A stretch of 64,000 nt of DNA from Candidatus Latescibacterota bacterium (GTDB lineage: Bacteria > Latescibacterota > UBA2968 > UBA8231). The DNA is taken from NCBI GenBank assembly GCA_965223905.1, contig CBDCXV010000010.1, forward strand, positions 608,001-672,000, read 5' to 3'. Position numbers and translations under genes: made by a program. This document shows, piece by piece, positions 62,511 to 64,000 of the stretch. Within the stretch, counting starts at the first letter, position 1, and each line of letters begins with the position of its first letter. The notes below the pieces were generated by a model that made no database searches, was not told the DNA's origin, and was given only the letters and a program-made list of their open reading frames with translations.

Positions 62511-62650
62511 CCGCACCGAGGCATTTTGCACGACGACGACATGCGCGGGGCCACGCGCCCGGCGTACTCCTCTTGCATCCGGGATGGATTGTCCGTCGAG
62601 CCGCTGGGGGACGCCTGCCGCCCCGCTCGGGAATACGGTGGAACGAGACA

Positions 62651-64000
62651 ATGACCGACAGACGCCTGATCGAGGACTGGCTGCCGATCGCGGAACTCGG
62701 CATCGAGAGCACTCGCGAGCGGACCCCGATGACGCCGTTCCCGGCCCCGAACCGCCTGCACGTCTGGTGGGCGCGGCGGCCGCTGGTGGCGTCTCGGGCA
62801 GCCGTGCTCGCATCCCTGCTGCCGGCGGATGCGGACCACGAGAAGTTCCTGCACGTGCTGGGGATCCATGGGGATCCGGTGGCCACCCGGGAGAAGATCA
62901 ATTCCGCACGTCGACGAGGCGAGCGGTTCGAAGGTCAAGCGTACAGCTATCCCCGGGCCTTCGGTCATGTGCCCCAAGAGGCCGATGTTGAGTGGATATC
63001 CGCCGCTCTGGGTGCATCTCCAAGAAACTTCGCGGCTCTCGACCCGACCGCTGGCGGAGGGAGCATCCCCTTCGAAGCCCTCCGCCTCGGAGCGAAGGCT
63101 GTCGCGAACGACTTGAATCCGGTCTCGGCCCTGATCATGCGCGCGACGGTGGAGTGGCCGTCAAGGCACGGCCGTGACCTTGGGCCTGAATTCGCTGCAT
63201 TGTCGCGACGGTTCGTTCTCGAGAGGGAGGAGCGGCTCGCGCCGCATTTTCCCCAGGAATCCGAGCCGGACGCCATATCGACCAATTTCCTCTGGGCCCG
63301 CACCATCACCTGCCCGTACTGCGCCGGCCTTGTCCCGCTCTCCCCGAACTGGCGTCTGACGCCGGGCGGAACCGGGGTGCGGCTGAAGCCGGAGCTGGCT
63401 TCAGGACCGGGTTCCGAAGGCCGCGTCTGCTCGTTCGAAATCGTGGAGAACGCGCGGGACCAGTCGCCGGGCACGGTGTCGCGAGGCGATGGCGCGTGCC
63501 CGTATTCGGACTGCATCCGCGTCGTCGACGGCGGCGAGATCAAGAGCCAGGCCCAGGCCGGAGACATGGGCGAGCAGCTCTACGCGGTCGTGTACAAGAA
63601 GCGCGTGCCGGGCAAGCTGCTGAAGTCCGGCAAGCGCGGCAAGGACCGATGGGTCCGGGGCTACCGTGCGCCGGCGTCCGAGGACGACAACGGCGCGGAG
63701 ATCGCGGCGAGGCTCGCCGAGAAGCTGCCGGAGTGGGAGGCCCTCGACTTGGTGCCGGGCGAGAGGATTCCGGACGGCAACAAGACGACGGAACCCCACC
63801 GTTACGGGATGCAGGTCTGGCGCGACCTGTTCTCGCCGCGCCAGCTTCTCTGTCACGCCACCGGCGTCGAGGTCTTCCGGGAGATGCTGGAGGCGGACCG
63901 GGCAAACGGGGAGTTGACCGACGTTCGGAAAGCGGCGTATGGCTACTTGGCGTTGTCGCTCGACAAGCTGCTGAACTACAACTCTCGCATGTCGATTTGG
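62651..64000 (+). CDS. DUF1156-domain adenine-specific DNA methyltransferase with zinc ribbon (truncated by the window end)
   Basis: Translated by hand, absent from the ORF track: MTDRRLIEDWLP...LHVWWARRPLVASRAA, SAM motif DPTAGGGSIPFEA, CPYC...CPYSDC, WRDLFSPRQL. Confidence 0.92.
   Translation, partial: MTDRRLIEDWLPIAELGIESTRERTPMTPFPAPNRLHVWWARRPLVASRAAVLASLLPADADHEKFLHVLGIHGDPVATREKINSARRRGERFEGQAYSYPRAFGHVPQEADVEWISAALGASPRNFAALDPTAGGGSIPFEALRLGAKAVANDLNPVSALIMRATVEWPSRHGRDLGPEFAALSRRFVLEREERLAPHFPQESEPDAISTNFLWARTITCPYCAGLVPLSPNWRLTPGGTGVRLKPELASGPGSEGRVCSFEIVENARDQSPGTVSRGDGACPYSDCIRVVDGGEIKSQAQAGDMGEQLYAVVYKKRVPGKLLKSGKRGKDRWVRGYRAPASEDDNGAEIAARLAEKLPEWEALDLVPGERIPDGNKTTEPHRYGMQVWRDLFSPRQLLCHATGVEVFREMLEADRANGELTDVRKAAYGYLALSLDKLLNYNSRMSIW

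Overview
A 64 kb, GC-rich bacterial chromosomal segment. The gene content (three PhyH dioxygenases, a CRTAC1/FG-GAP protein, HEAT repeats, LptE) suggests a diderm of the Latescibacterota/Poribacteria-like type; this is inference only. Most of the window is housekeeping or catabolic: tRNA-Thr(TGT), pgi, aroA, rarA, cvpA, an M23 peptidase, an S41 protease, lipA, mnmG, adk and dusB. Three regions stand out. (1) 37.8-47.1 kb is a FadR-controlled, tightly packed corrinoid methyl-transfer operon. It encodes a methanogen-like MtaA methyltransferase, a corrinoid protein, a RACo/ASKHA activator, a MetF-MetV fusion, split MetH pterin and homocysteine modules, and two unknown Cys/His-motif proteins, but no recognisable MT1. 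(2) 9.5-11.6 kb is a LysR-regulated, short archaeal-type PurA paralogue with substitutions in its substrate and nucleotide loops. (3) From 55.4 kb to the end is a DUF499/DUF1156 restriction-like defence operon, with a Menshen-like DUF262/DUF3696-ATPase/effector cassette and a small unknown gene inserted between its core genes. Several genes carry single-base frameshifts, often in homopolymers, which most likely reflect long-read indel errors. All family assignments come from motif recognition by eye; no searches were run.
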